Shown here: piece by piece, positions 26,469-34,020 of the stretch
Layout: each line of letters begins with the position of its first letter
How positions within the stretch are numbered: position 1 is the first letter of the stretch
Source of the DNA: a virus
Virus genome (UHGV): UHGV-0025826
Reading direction: 5' to 3' (one strand)
Length of the DNA stretch: 41,937 nucleotides
Position numbers and translations under genes: made by a program
Notes under the pieces: generated by a model
Databases searched by the model: none
What the model was told of the DNA's origin: nothing
What the model saw: only the letters and a program-made list of their open reading frames with translations

Positions 26469-27158
26469 TTAGTTCATTTTTGCAATACCTTGCTGATAGT
26501 TTGCTGCCTTTTGTTGTGAACGTGATCGCGAAACATGAAGTAGCGCCTTGGAGTCGAGTCCCTTATACAGGCTGATAATTACATTGTAATGTTCCACGTA
26601 ATTTTGAGACCAGTTTGTTTTGTTAACTCCCACCAGCGCAGCCAGATCACCATATTGATAGACATCACGCCCAGCCAATTCAGCCTTCACATCCTGTGCC
26701 GCCAGCCAGATAAGCTGTCGCAACCGTTCGACGGTCTTCTTCGCCACCTTCCTCCCGGCCAGATGCTCGCAAAATTTCGACCACGCCCACTGAGTAATCA
26801 GCACCTGATTATCCCAACTCACATTCTCGCTATAGTTCCATAGCAACCAGGCCTTCTGGTGTTCTTCGAGCGTCATCAGTGCGCGGCGCCACGATGCCGT
26901 TGAATACTCAACCGGTTGCACCAAGGGAATATGCGAACCCTTGGTATGCGACTGTTTGCCGGGAATCGGTGGGTTATCAAGCGTAATCATTTTCCCGGTC
27001 ACTTCATCCAATATTCGAGGCTTCTTACGTTTAAACGTTCCCGTATCAAACTGCGCGTTCTCAAGCCACGCCATCAACTGCCCTTTCGTCGCACCACTTA
27101 AATCGGCGGTAGCCACCATCAGCTGCTGGCGCACGTATTCGAGGAATTGAGTGTTCAT
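26469..27158 (-). CDS. Putative late-gene antiterminator (Q position; not lambda Q family)
   Basis: 229 aa; last gene of the nin-like operon, immediately upstream of the late leader; no similarity to recalled lambda Q. Confidence 0.4.
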   Translation of the reverse strand: MNTQFLEYVRQQLMVATADLSGATKGQLMAWLENAQFDTGTFKRKKPRILDEVTGKMITLDNPPIPGKQSHTKGSHIPLVQPVEYSTASWRRALMTLEEHQKAWLLWNYSENVSWDNQVLITQWAWSKFCEHLAGRKVAKKTVERLRQLIWLAAQDVKAELAGRDVYQYGDLAALVGVNKTNWSQNYVEHYNVIISLYKGLDSKALLHVSRSRSQQKAANYQQGIAKMN

Positions 27159-27292
27159 ACAGCACCGCCTATGGTTTTGATGTAATTTTTCAGTATTCGG
27201 TAGTCCGTCAGCACAGAGCCGGGAAAGTGGTATAAGCGCAATCGTTGCCAGCGAACGCGGAGGTGATCGGCAAAGTAGGTTTCGAATATCAT
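27155..27292 (-). CDS. Small ORF (45 aa) translationally coupled between NinG and the Q-position gene
   Basis: ATG overlaps the NinG stop (ATGA) and its stop overlaps the downstream ATG; below the ORF-track size cut-off. Confidence 0.25.
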   Translation of the reverse strand: MIFETYFADHLRVRWQRLRLYHFPGSVLTDYRILKNYIKTIGGAV

Positions 27293-27888
27293 GCGGCCTC
27301 CTGCTTTTTCAGTTCTTTGAGTTTTGCGCGGTACTCATCGCGGATCCGGATGTAATCGTCGCGTTTCCATTTTGGTAATTCATGTGGCCCCATTAGTGCA
27401 TCAAAGCGAACCTGGCCGATTTTGGCGATCAGCGCGGGACGATAGGATATAAGGTTGCCTGACAGGTGGTTATTACAGGGGGCGCACTGGCGGTGACAAT
27501 TATCTTCATCAAAGCGCAGTTCTGGATTGGCACCAGTCGTGCGGAAGTGTCCTGCGTGATATTGTCCGTCGTGGTGGCGACCGCAGCTGATGCATGGCAA
27601 ATGGCGATCCCGGTACCGGATAAACTCATTGAATGCCTGCTGTGCCTGTCGGATAAAATAACTAAGGGGCTTAACCGCCTGCCGACGCTCAGCCTGACGC
27701 TTACGCTCAACCTTCTCTACCCGCTTCTTTTCCCGCTGGGCTTCGGCCTTCGCGGTATCATTCGCTACTTTTCCGTAACGGCAGGCACAGTCAAACGAAC
27801 ATACGAACTGACCATCGCGAGTTGGATGGAACCATTTTTTACATACTGAACACTTGCGGCGAGGTAACTTTTTCAGAATGGCAGGCAT
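27289..27888 (-). CDS. ninG: NinG/Rap recombination protein
   Basis: 199 aa; collinear with recalled lambda NinG (CxxC...WFHP, LPCISCG, GH(F/Y)RTT, FDE(R/D)N, KQC..CN.H.SGNL). Confidence 0.85.
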   Translation of the reverse strand: MPAILKKLPRRKCSVCKKWFHPTRDGQFVCSFDCACRYGKVANDTAKAEAQREKKRVEKVERKRQAERRQAVKPLSYFIRQAQQAFNEFIRYRDRHLPCISCGRHHDGQYHAGHFRTTGANPELRFDEDNCHRQCAPCNNHLSGNLISYRPALIAKIGQVRFDALMGPHELPKWKRDDYIRIRDEYRAKLKELKKQEAA

Positions 27889-28292
27889 TGTTGTCCACCT
27901 CCCTGAATGGCATTTAACTCTCTGCGATGCGCGTTTAGATAGCTATTCCAGTGGGCTTGCCGGATGATGGCGGCTTGCTCTTTCTGAAGGGCTGGCTCAC
28001 GAATGGCTTTGCCTTTTCGGTTGTGATCCTCCCGGATAACCTCCCCTTTAACGTGAAGATCCTCGCATAAAGGGCAATAATCACGGGTCTCCATACCACC
28101 CGAACGGCCTGAGAAAAAGATATTGCCGTGCCATGTTCCGCACTCAGCACACATCGGTGCGTCGCACATGAAAATTCCCCGCGCATTGCTGAGGTGGTGG
28201 TTTTCATCCTCATCAGCATCCCAGCCAATGATTCCATCGCATAGCAGGGTTGCAGGGTTGCCGCAGAACAGGCATTTCGCTGATTTAGCCAT
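27873..28292 (-). CDS. Cys-rich nin-region protein, unknown function
   Basis: Start set to ATG at 28292 (MAKSAKCLFCG...) just after the upstream stop; several CxxC pairs. Confidence 0.4.
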   Translation of the reverse strand: MAKSAKCLFCGNPATLLCDGIIGWDADEDENHHLSNARGIFMCDAPMCAECGTWHGNIFFSGRSGGMETRDYCPLCEDLHVKGEVIREDHNRKGKAIREPALQKEQAAIIRQAHWNSYLNAHRRELNAIQGGGQQCLPF

Positions 28293-28294
28293 AA

Positions 28295-28504
28295 TCACCC
28301 CCAGACCTTTTGCCGAAAGGTTCTTGGCGTACGCGCCGGATGTTCGCATTCAGGTAATTTTGCACTGACAGTCCAGGTGATGTTGTCGCGGTTCAGGCTG
28401 CGTTCTACCGTGGCGCCACGACGGCGATAACTCGCCACCAACTCGTCTGCCTGTTCGGTTGTGCATTCGTGATGGTGGAACCAGGAATATTTCATGGTCA
28501 TCAC
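28295..28504 (-). CDS. Hypothetical nin-region protein
   Basis: 69 aa; ATGA-coupled to the upstream gene. Confidence 0.35.
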   Translation of the reverse strand: MMTMKYSWFHHHECTTEQADELVASYRRRGATVERSLNRDNITWTVSAKLPECEHPARTPRTFRQKVWG

Positions 28505-29100
28505 CCCGCAAAGCTCATGAGCTGCGATGCAGCGTTTTCCGCTTCACGCTGGTCCTTGAATGCCCGGGACAATACCCAGCGCCACAGAACATCAAGCGCA
28601 GCTTTGTACAGCTGCTGGAACTCGGTTTCGTCCATGTTGGCGAAAGCTATGCTGCGGGGATGTTTGCGGAGGGTGCCGTCAGGCAGCTGAATGGCGTCGT
28701 AATGGCCGGACTCAATAGTGACCCATGCACGATATGCATCGAATGACTTACAGGCGCAGATGCTACCAGTACGCTTATCGGCGATGCGGTCCAGATATTG
28801 CTCAGCAGCATCCAGGAGTGCTGCTTCACTTCCCGCGAATGAGGCAAGGAACTTGGCATAGCCGGTTACCAGCTTGCGTTCGTTGGAGGAGATTGCCCCG
28901 CCGGTGGGTTCCCAGTATTCGAAACCGAGATTGAGTAACGCGAAGAAACGACGGTGAAAGGCCGGGTTGCGTACCTGCCGGAACTCAGCCACCAGTACGG
29001 AGCCGAGTTTGATTTTTGATTGCAGTAAATCACTGGTCTCCGGCGTAGCGGGGATCAGGATTCCTGAGGAATGCTTGATGAGTTGTAGTTCGTGCGCCAT
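28501..29100 (-). CDS. Hypothetical nin-region protein (possibly DUF1367-like)
   Basis: 199 aa; family name is a weak recollection. Confidence 0.35.
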   Translation of the reverse strand: MAHELQLIKHSSGILIPATPETSDLLQSKIKLGSVLVAEFRQVRNPAFHRRFFALLNLGFEYWEPTGGAISSNERKLVTGYAKFLASFAGSEAALLDAAEQYLDRIADKRTGSICACKSFDAYRAWVTIESGHYDAIQLPDGTLRKHPRSIAFANMDETEFQQLYKAALDVLWRWVLSRAFKDQREAENAASQLMSFAG

Positions 29101-29134
29101 GGTTTCTCTCCGTGGCGCAGTAGGTTACGGTTGT

Positions 29135-29383
29135 TCAGACCGTTGATTTCATATTATCAGAAGGTGGGGTTACCCGGTAGCCGAGACGGTGAATAAACTG
29201 CATAAAACCATTAGGAGTAAAGACCTCTTCATCATCCAGCAAAGGCCGCATAGAAACCATGCCATTGACGCGATAAATTAGATGCCTGCCCGATGAAGGA
29301 AAGCTAAACACCACGCAGCCGTCAGACCTTCTTACAATGTCATACCAGTTGTCTTCTGACGTTTGCAAAGCTGAATCACTCAC
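29135..29383 (-). CDS. Hypothetical 82-aa protein downstream of the DinI-like gene; candidate antirepressor
   Basis: GTG start with GGGAGAA 7 nt upstream; first gene after the LexA-box-controlled DinI-like gene. Confidence 0.4.
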   Translation of the reverse strand: MSDSALQTSEDNWYDIVRRSDGCVVFSFPSSGRHLIYRVNGMVSMRPLLDDEEVFTPNGFMQFIHRLGYRVTPPSDNMKSTV

Positions 29384-29500
29384 ATTTATGTTCTCCCTTC
29401 GAGCGACTAACAGACGCGATTAAAGATTGTCGGCAGCTGCATCAGAGGGTTACGCAAATTGCGGTATTCTGAAAAATGCGCGCCAGCCTTAAGCGCAATT

Positions 29501-29734
29501 CTAATAAAACCAGTCGTCAGCGCTTTCCCAGGTATCCTGGAGGATTGATTCAATTTTCTTTTTATCGTCCTTGTCACCACCAAAAACACTTAACCCATCG
29601 GCCCCGGCACGGCGGATTGTGAGCCTGCAATTGTCATAGTGATCATTCAGGCGCTTAAGCAGTTCTTTCTCCAGTGCTGGTACTGCGCCTTTAGGAAGTT
29701 CTTTCATGCGATCAATGGTTAATTCAACTTTCAT
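29501..29734 (-). CDS. dinI: DinI-like protein (DNA-damage-inducible protein I family)
   Basis: MKVELTIDR...LSVFGGDKDDKKKIESILQDTWESADDWFY aligns along its length with recalled E. coli DinI (...LSVIGATKEDKQRISEILQETWESADDWF); start set to ATG at 29734 with GGGGG upstream. Confidence 0.8.
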   Translation of the reverse strand: MKVELTIDRMKELPKGAVPALEKELLKRLNDHYDNCRLTIRRAGADGLSVFGGDKDDKKKIESILQDTWESADDWFY

Positions 29735-29752
29735 AATGGCCCCCATTGCATT

Positions 29753-29772
29753 TACTGTTTTTTTATACAGTA
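29753..29772. promoter_or_regulatory. LexA (SOS) box overlapping the DinI-like promoter
   Basis: TACTGTTTTTTTATACAGTA is a perfect CTGT-N8-ACAG palindrome 19 nt upstream of the ATG; candidate minus-strand -10 TATACT (29769-29774) and -35 TTGATC overlap it. Confidence 0.6.
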
Positions 29773-29832
29773 TACCTATGCGCGGAAATGATCAACGCTT
29801 TAAGAGCACAAATTGTTAATTTTCTGTCAGTA

Positions 29833-29862
29833 GTAAAAAAAGAAAACCCGCCGTAGCGGGTT
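29833..29862 (-). terminator. Rho-independent terminator upstream of the DinI-like promoter
   Basis: Minus-strand AACCCGCUACGGCGGGUU followed by UUCUUUUUUU. Confidence 0.45.
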
Positions 29863-29879
29863 GAATTAGCGATGTTTTA

Positions 29880-30020
29880 TTACGCCGCTATTTGTTTCTG
29901 CTGACAAAGCTCCTGTAGGTTAGCCCTAACCAGCGCCTCAGCGAGCTGATGATTGGACAGCATTAACGCAATGGGTAATAGAAACCACAGAATGCACGAA
30001 ATGGCGGTGGTATTCGCCAT
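29880..30020 (-). pseudogene. 46-codon ORF whose last 17 codons duplicate the C5-methyltransferase-like 3' end at 30468-30532
   Basis: C-terminus ..AEALVRANLQELCQQKQIAA versus ..AEALVRANLPELCQQKEIAA in the second copy. Confidence 0.25.
29894..29943. repeat. Imperfect direct repeat, copy 1 (about 50 bp, roughly 6 mismatches)
   Basis: tttctgctgacaaagctcctgtaggttagccctaaccagcgcctcagcga versus copy 2 at 30483-30532. Confidence 0.6.
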
Positions 30021-30131
30021 CTGTGACAGGTTGAATATTGCTCGAATTGTATTGTTTGCACTTTAACGTTTCTGTTGTAGTGCCGGATGCATGCCACCGT
30101 ATGTTCAGGACGATGGCATGCATATTATGGA

Positions 30132-30368
30132 TTACGATTTATCCATTCCCAGGGGATTAGGGTGAATTCCACTTACATGCCAGAACGCATGCTCTCTATT
30201 CAACTGATTTCCCTTTGGTATCAGGAAGCCATACGTCCCAGATTTAAAAGTGGCATGAGCGCAGATTAGACTTTCTCCTTCAAAGCTATACTCAGTCCCT
30301 TCAGGGATTAGAGAGTCAGTCTTGATCAGGTGAACAGTTCCGTTGATAGGGATCATGTAATGGTGCAT
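30132..30368 (-). CDS. Hypothetical 78-aa protein between the two repeat copies
   Basis: GAGGAG 5 nt upstream of the ATG; no family recognised. Confidence 0.45.
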   Translation of the reverse strand: MHHYMIPINGTVHLIKTDSLIPEGTEYSFEGESLICAHATFKSGTYGFLIPKGNQLNREHAFWHVSGIHPNPLGMDKS

Positions 30369-30467
30369 TTTAGGCTCCTCGTGTTGTGAAGAGCCTAATT
30401 ATATCAGGTTTGAATCTACGTCATTGAAGTAGCAGGATTTGTTACACCATGTTCTGAAACTCGGACA

Positions 30468-30708
30468 TTAAGCTGCGATCTCTTTCTGCTGACAAAGCTC
30501 CGGTAAATTAGCCCTCACCAGTGCCTCGGCGAATGGCGGCGGAACTGCGTTGCCACAACGCGCAACCTGCTTGTCCTTCGCGTACTTCTGCCCCCGATAG
30601 TCCTGATCGATGATGTACCACTCCGGGAAGCCCTGCCAGTTTGGCGTTGTTCAACCCTGGGTTGTTGCGCAGGGCTGCCAGCACCTGCTCACGGATTGTT
30701 ATGTTCAT
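30468..30708 (-). pseudogene. Frameshifted 3' remnant of a C5-cytosine DNA methyltransferase (motif IX/X-like)
   Basis: One frame (30468-30650) encodes ..WQGFPEWYIIDQDYRGQKYAKDKQVARCGNAVPPPFAEAL.., resembling GFPD..Y and GNAV of C5-MTases; an ATG 1 nt after the P stop opens a different frame (MNITIREQ..) with no possible N-terminal catalytic domain. Confidence 0.4.
30483..30532. repeat. Imperfect direct repeat, copy 2
   Basis: tttctgctgacaaagctccggtaaattagccctcaccagtgcctcggcga. Confidence 0.6.
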
Positions 30709-30709
30709 G

Positions 30710-31399
30710 TCACACCATCCCGTTCGACTTGTTGCGGTTGTACTTGGCCAGCAGCAGCTGGATCGGCGTCGGCCCTTGCTCGGCAGCTGGTGCGGCAATA
30801 GCCCGGCGTACCGGCGGCACTGGCTTACCCTCGGTGACGCGCCTTTCCCACATGTCCAGCAGATCGCCTGCCTCGCGTGCCAGTTCACCATGCGTTAACT
30901 GGCGCTCGGTGCTGCGGTGGCGCAATTCTACGCAAATGTGGTACATGACCGGCTGCGACCATGGAAATTGCTCGCTGGAGATGAATTCGAACGAGCGGTT
31001 ACGCCAGTCCCAGTATTCGGCGATCACCTGGTCAACGTTGACGCCCAGCGCGCCGCCGCTCTGCTTGCACCAGGCGACGAACTGGCCCGGCGACGGCAGG
31101 AATGGGCGCTCCTGGCGGCGGGCAATGCGCATGCCGGCATCGACCTGAGCCATGGTGTGGATCCCGTTCTCCTGAAACGCCAGCAGCCACTGACGGCGGA
31201 ATTCGTTCAGGTCTTCCTGGGTGCGGAAGTTCGCCATGCTGGCCGGGAACGCGGCGCGCAGCTCGTTGAACAGCTTGTTGAATACCTGCGCCACCTGCTC
31301 GACCGGCGCGCACTCCTGGTACTGCTCTGGCAGGTTATGGGCCATGCGGCTCATCTGCTCGCGGTCGTGGTTACGCATCTGCTCTGCAAGAGATTTCAT
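30710..31399 (-). CDS. P: Replication protein P (helicase loader, lambda P family)
   Basis: 229 aa; near-collinear with recalled lambda P (MKxxAxQMxNxDREQMxRxAxNxPEQY...VAQ..N..F..L.A.FPAS.AN...Q...NE.RRQW.LAF.ENGI.TM.QV.AGMR.ARRQ.RPFLPSPGQFVAWC). Confidence 0.85.
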   Translation of the reverse strand: MKSLAEQMRNHDREQMSRMAHNLPEQYQECAPVEQVAQVFNKLFNELRAAFPASMANFRTQEDLNEFRRQWLLAFQENGIHTMAQVDAGMRIARRQERPFLPSPGQFVAWCKQSGGALGVNVDQVIAEYWDWRNRSFEFISSEQFPWSQPVMYHICVELRHRSTERQLTHGELAREAGDLLDMWERRVTEGKPVPPVRRAIAAPAAEQGPTPIQLLLAKYNRNKSNGMV

Positions 31400-32304
31400 C
31401 GGATCACCCCATAGGCCCAGTCAGTGTTGTTGAAGTCCAGATCTGGCTTGACAGCGCGCTGCTCACCTCCGGCGTTACGCTGCATTGTCAGCTTGTCCCA
31501 CTGCTTACGCAGGCTTTCGGGACTCAGGATGTTGGTCTGCCAGAAGTGGTGTTTGCTAGCCCAGTCATACAGCGCGCAGATGTCCTGGTGCGACCGGTCG
31601 TCTATCTGGCGCATCAGGCGAACAGTGTTAGACCAGGAGGTCATGTCCGGGGCTTTGCAGGTTGGGTTAATCAGCTTCACCCTGGAGGAAATCCACTTAG
31701 CTGTCTCGAGGTCTTCAGCAGAGCCCCACTTCGCACCGGATGGTGTGTAGACCGCAGCTTCAGGATGAGTTGATAAAAATTTCTTCAGACGTGCGTCAGA
31801 GGATTCGTCAGAATTCTCGGACGAAGATCTTTTAATACTGTTCTTGTTCTTGTATTGGGTGTCTACCGTTTTCGGGAAGGTTATTCCTGATTTCGGGAAG
31901 GATTTTCCCGTTTTCGGGAATTTTCTTCCCGTTTCCGGTTTGTCTAAAATCCATGCTGAAAGGTCAGTGTTTACACCGACGATTTTCATCATGCCCTGCT
32001 TCTGTGAAAAGATGATTTTGCGTTCTGCGAGAGACTTAAGCGCGTCCGATACATGCGTATCGCTCAGGCCCGTAAGCTCGGCAATAACCGTATTTGTCAC
32101 GCGGTCCTGTTTCTTGTTCCAGCCGTAGGTAAGCCAGATCACCGCCTCAAAACATTGCCATTCCCGGCCTGACAGTCTCAGGCGAGGCTTAAGCTGTTGG
32201 ATCTCGTTAGCGACCTTGGTATACCCGTTCGACAGGTCGGCCATACGACCTCCCGGTTGTTCGGTTTTATTTGGGAATTTGAATATTTCAGCGGTATTTG
32301 ACAT
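31396..32304 (-). CDS. O: Replication initiator O (lambda O family)
   Basis: Start set to ATG at 32304 with GGAGAA upstream; N-terminal LTYGWNKKQDRVTNTVIAELTGL resembles lambda O KTYGWNKPMDRITDSQLSEITKL; iterons inside the gene; stop overlaps P start. Confidence 0.75.
   Translation of the reverse strand: MSNTAEIFKFPNKTEQPGGRMADLSNGYTKVANEIQQLKPRLRLSGREWQCFEAVIWLTYGWNKKQDRVTNTVIAELTGLSDTHVSDALKSLAERKIIFSQKQGMMKIVGVNTDLSAWILDKPETGRKFPKTGKSFPKSGITFPKTVDTQYKNKNSIKRSSSENSDESSDARLKKFLSTHPEAAVYTPSGAKWGSAEDLETAKWISSRVKLINPTCKAPDMTSWSNTVRLMRQIDDRSHQDICALYDWASKHHFWQTNILSPESLRKQWDKLTMQRNAGGEQRAVKPDLDFNNTDWAYGVIR
31867..31944. repeat. Origin-like iterons inside the O gene
   Basis: Four direct repeats spaced about 20-21 bp (three with core tttcgggaa, a fourth degenerate tttccgg) with an AT-richer stretch on the low-coordinate side. 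Confidence 0.5.
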
Positions 32305-32388
32305 ACTGTTCTCCGCAATTACGCACAGTTTTTGCACCTGAAAGCCGTTGGTGTTCGAGCACCGCGGCTTTCGCCATTTCTGAGCCCG

Positions 32389-32946
32389 TCATAGCGCACC
32401 ACCCAGCATCGTTGTAACCATCGCCATAATGGGCGCCACAGAATCAGGTCCGTCCAGGTAGAGCTTGGCTACGATGCTCTCGCTGATTTCCTTCATCCGT
32501 TCGTGTCTGGGGGCTTTGAGGACGACAGCCTGTATCGCCTCAGCGTCTTCTTTCACCGACCTGGCGACACGAACCGCAAAGCAGTCGTGCTTAATCACGC
32601 GATCCCGGTACGCCAGCGGCAGAACCGAAATTATTACCGGCGCCAGCTGCTCGACGTTCGCCCGGTAGGCCGGTGATTTCTCGTGGTTGTCCAGCCAGCG
32701 AAACAGCTTCACGTTCCACACATCGGCGCTGCCGGTCATGTCAATGCTGTCAAGCTCGGCCTGTTCGGCAGCCTCTTTAATCGCCAGAGCGACCGCCACG
32801 CGACCCTCTGCCGCCGCCCAGGCGCGGACGGCAGAACAGATAGCCCGGTGATCGATCGGCTGGCCTTCAGCCTCACTGTGTTGATACTGGAATTTCAGGT
32901 GCTCTGATGGCGCTCTGTTATTCTGTTGAAAAGAAAGTGTTTGCAT
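32389..32946 (-). CDS. YdaT/CII-like regulatory protein
   Basis: 185 aa; first gene after the cro-like gene; NVKLFRWLDNHEKSPAYRANVEQLAPVIISVLPLAYRDRV resembles recalled Rac YdaT. Confidence 0.45.
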   Translation of the reverse strand: MQTLSFQQNNRAPSEHLKFQYQHSEAEGQPIDHRAICSAVRAWAAAEGRVAVALAIKEAAEQAELDSIDMTGSADVWNVKLFRWLDNHEKSPAYRANVEQLAPVIISVLPLAYRDRVIKHDCFAVRVARSVKEDAEAIQAVVLKAPRHERMKEISESIVAKLYLDGPDSVAPIMAMVTTMLGGAL

Positions 32947-32957
32947 TGTCAGTGCTC

Positions 32958-33176
32958 CTACTTTGGTAATCCGTCAGTGGGATTTGGATAGAGATCAGGG
33001 CGCAGCTCGTGGGGGGTTACGCCTGTCATTTTGAAAATCGGGAAGATATAGCTTGGCGGGACGATCCCTTGGTCACGATTCTTCCAATGACTTACAGACA
33101 TACTCGTCACACCAAGCGCGATGCTGAGCTTTCTGGCAGAGCCAGCGGCTTTAATTGCTTTATCGAGTGCGGACAT
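32958..33176 (-). CDS. Cro-like HTH regulator (YdaS/Cro family)
   Basis: 72 aa; HTH ARKLSIALGVTSMSVSHW and ELRPDLY motif; divergent from the repressor; AGGAGAA RBS. Confidence 0.65.
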   Translation of the reverse strand: MSALDKAIKAAGSARKLSIALGVTSMSVSHWKNRDQGIVPPSYIFPIFKMTGVTPHELRPDLYPNPTDGLPK

Positions 33177-33278
33177 GTGCTTCTCCTGCTTATTGATAGC
33201 AGAAGTAAACCACAGATTTATACTTCATGCAAACTTTGGATTTATTGCGTGCATAAACCAAATATTTACAATGACCAT
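33177..33278. promoter_or_regulatory. Divergent immunity promoter/operator region
   Basis: Inverted repeat CTGCT-N7-AGCAG at 33186-33202; recurring gcaWaaac-like half-sites; plus-strand -35 TTGCGT (33245-33250) and -10 TACAAT (33267-33272) ending 6 nt before the repressor ATG. Confidence 0.45.
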
Positions 33279-33668
33279 ATGAGAAAAGAAGAACCCAACC
33301 TCGTTCTGGTGGAGCGCCTTACTGAGATCACTGATCGCGGCGTTACCAAAGCAGACATGGCAAGAATAGCTGGAGTCACCCCTCAGGCCGTAAACGGCTG
33401 GTTCAAAAAAGGCGTGATTAGTAAGAAATCGGCACTGGCCATAGCCGACGCTGTTGGTATTTCTGTCGCCTGGCTACTCGGTGAAGACGTTGGGGAGAAA
33501 GACGGTCTCAAACCGGACGAACAGCGTTTGCTCGAGCTCTACCGCCAGTTACCGGAAGAAGAGCAGCAGAACATGCTCCGCATTTTTGCGCTTCGCCTGA
33601 AAGAGTTAGATGAGCTGTACGAGAAGTACATGAAGGGTCGGATTCGATCGCAAGGTGAGCAAACCTAA
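33279..33668 (+). CDS. Prophage repressor (XRE-family HTH, no LexA-like peptidase domain)
   Basis: 129 aa from ATG at 33279; HTH ITDRGVTKADMARIAGVTPQAVNGWFKKG; C-terminal coiled-coil-like segment; divergent from cro-like gene. Confidence 0.65.
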   Translation: MRKEEPNLVLVERLTEITDRGVTKADMARIAGVTPQAVNGWFKKGVISKKSALAIADAVGISVAWLLGEDVGEKDGLKPDEQRLLELYRQLPEEEQQNMLRIFALRLKELDELYEKYMKGRIRSQGEQT

Positions 33669-33732
33669 ACCAGTAGTATCTAATTCCATGTAATAAAAAT
33701 ATTTCAAGATTTAATATCTTCTGGAGGATTCG

Positions 33733-34014
33733 GTGTCTAAAGAAACAACCGTCGAACTTATGCATCTTAATGATGTAATCGAAGCGAAAAATTTCATCGA
33801 GACCAATGCTGACGGTGTCGTAACAATCGGCACACAAAATGCCGGTTACGAAGTTTACAATTTTGTGTTCCTGAATAGCAGCCCGATCATCGGTACGGAT
33901 AATGCGGATATAGTCGTCAAGGGCATGCAGCGAACCAAAGTTGTGTCTGTGACTTTAAGCAAACAAAAGGCTTATGATTTTTATCAATCCTTAAAAAGTA
34001 TGTTTGAGGAATAA
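33733..34014 (+). CDS. Hypothetical 93-aa protein, cassette B gene 1 (rexA/sieB position)
   Basis: GTG start with GGAGGA upstream; directly downstream of and co-oriented with the repressor; looks AT-rich by eye. Confidence 0.5.
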   Translation: MSKETTVELMHLNDVIEAKNFIETNADGVVTIGTQNAGYEVYNFVFLNSSPIIGTDNADIVVKGMQRTKVVSVTLSKQKAYDFYQSLKSMFEE

Positions 34015-34020
34015 TAATTG

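Noticed and set aside
26318-26575. Plus-strand 85-aa ORF in the Q-proximal leader
   Set aside because: Overlaps the 3' end of the Q-position gene and the terminator hairpin; AT-rich intergenic shadow ORF.
29453-29463. Short palindrome cgcaa-a-ttgcg between the DinI-like gene and the 82-aa ORF as an operator
   Set aside because: Only 5-bp arms; too short to separate from chance without binding data.
30508-30891. 127-aa minus-strand ORF as an intact gene
   Set aside because: Its upstream two-thirds overlaps the P gene out of frame; only the part from the ATG at 30708 can be expressed, and that is a frameshifted methyltransferase-like remnant.
30917-31433. Plus-strand ORFs 30917..31414, 31032..31313, 31221..31433
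   Set aside because: Antisense within the P gene; GC-rich shadow frames.
33009-33668. 219-aa extended repressor ORF
   Set aside because: N-terminal 90 codons run antisense through the cro-like gene and operator region; the promoter and HTH position support the start at 33279.
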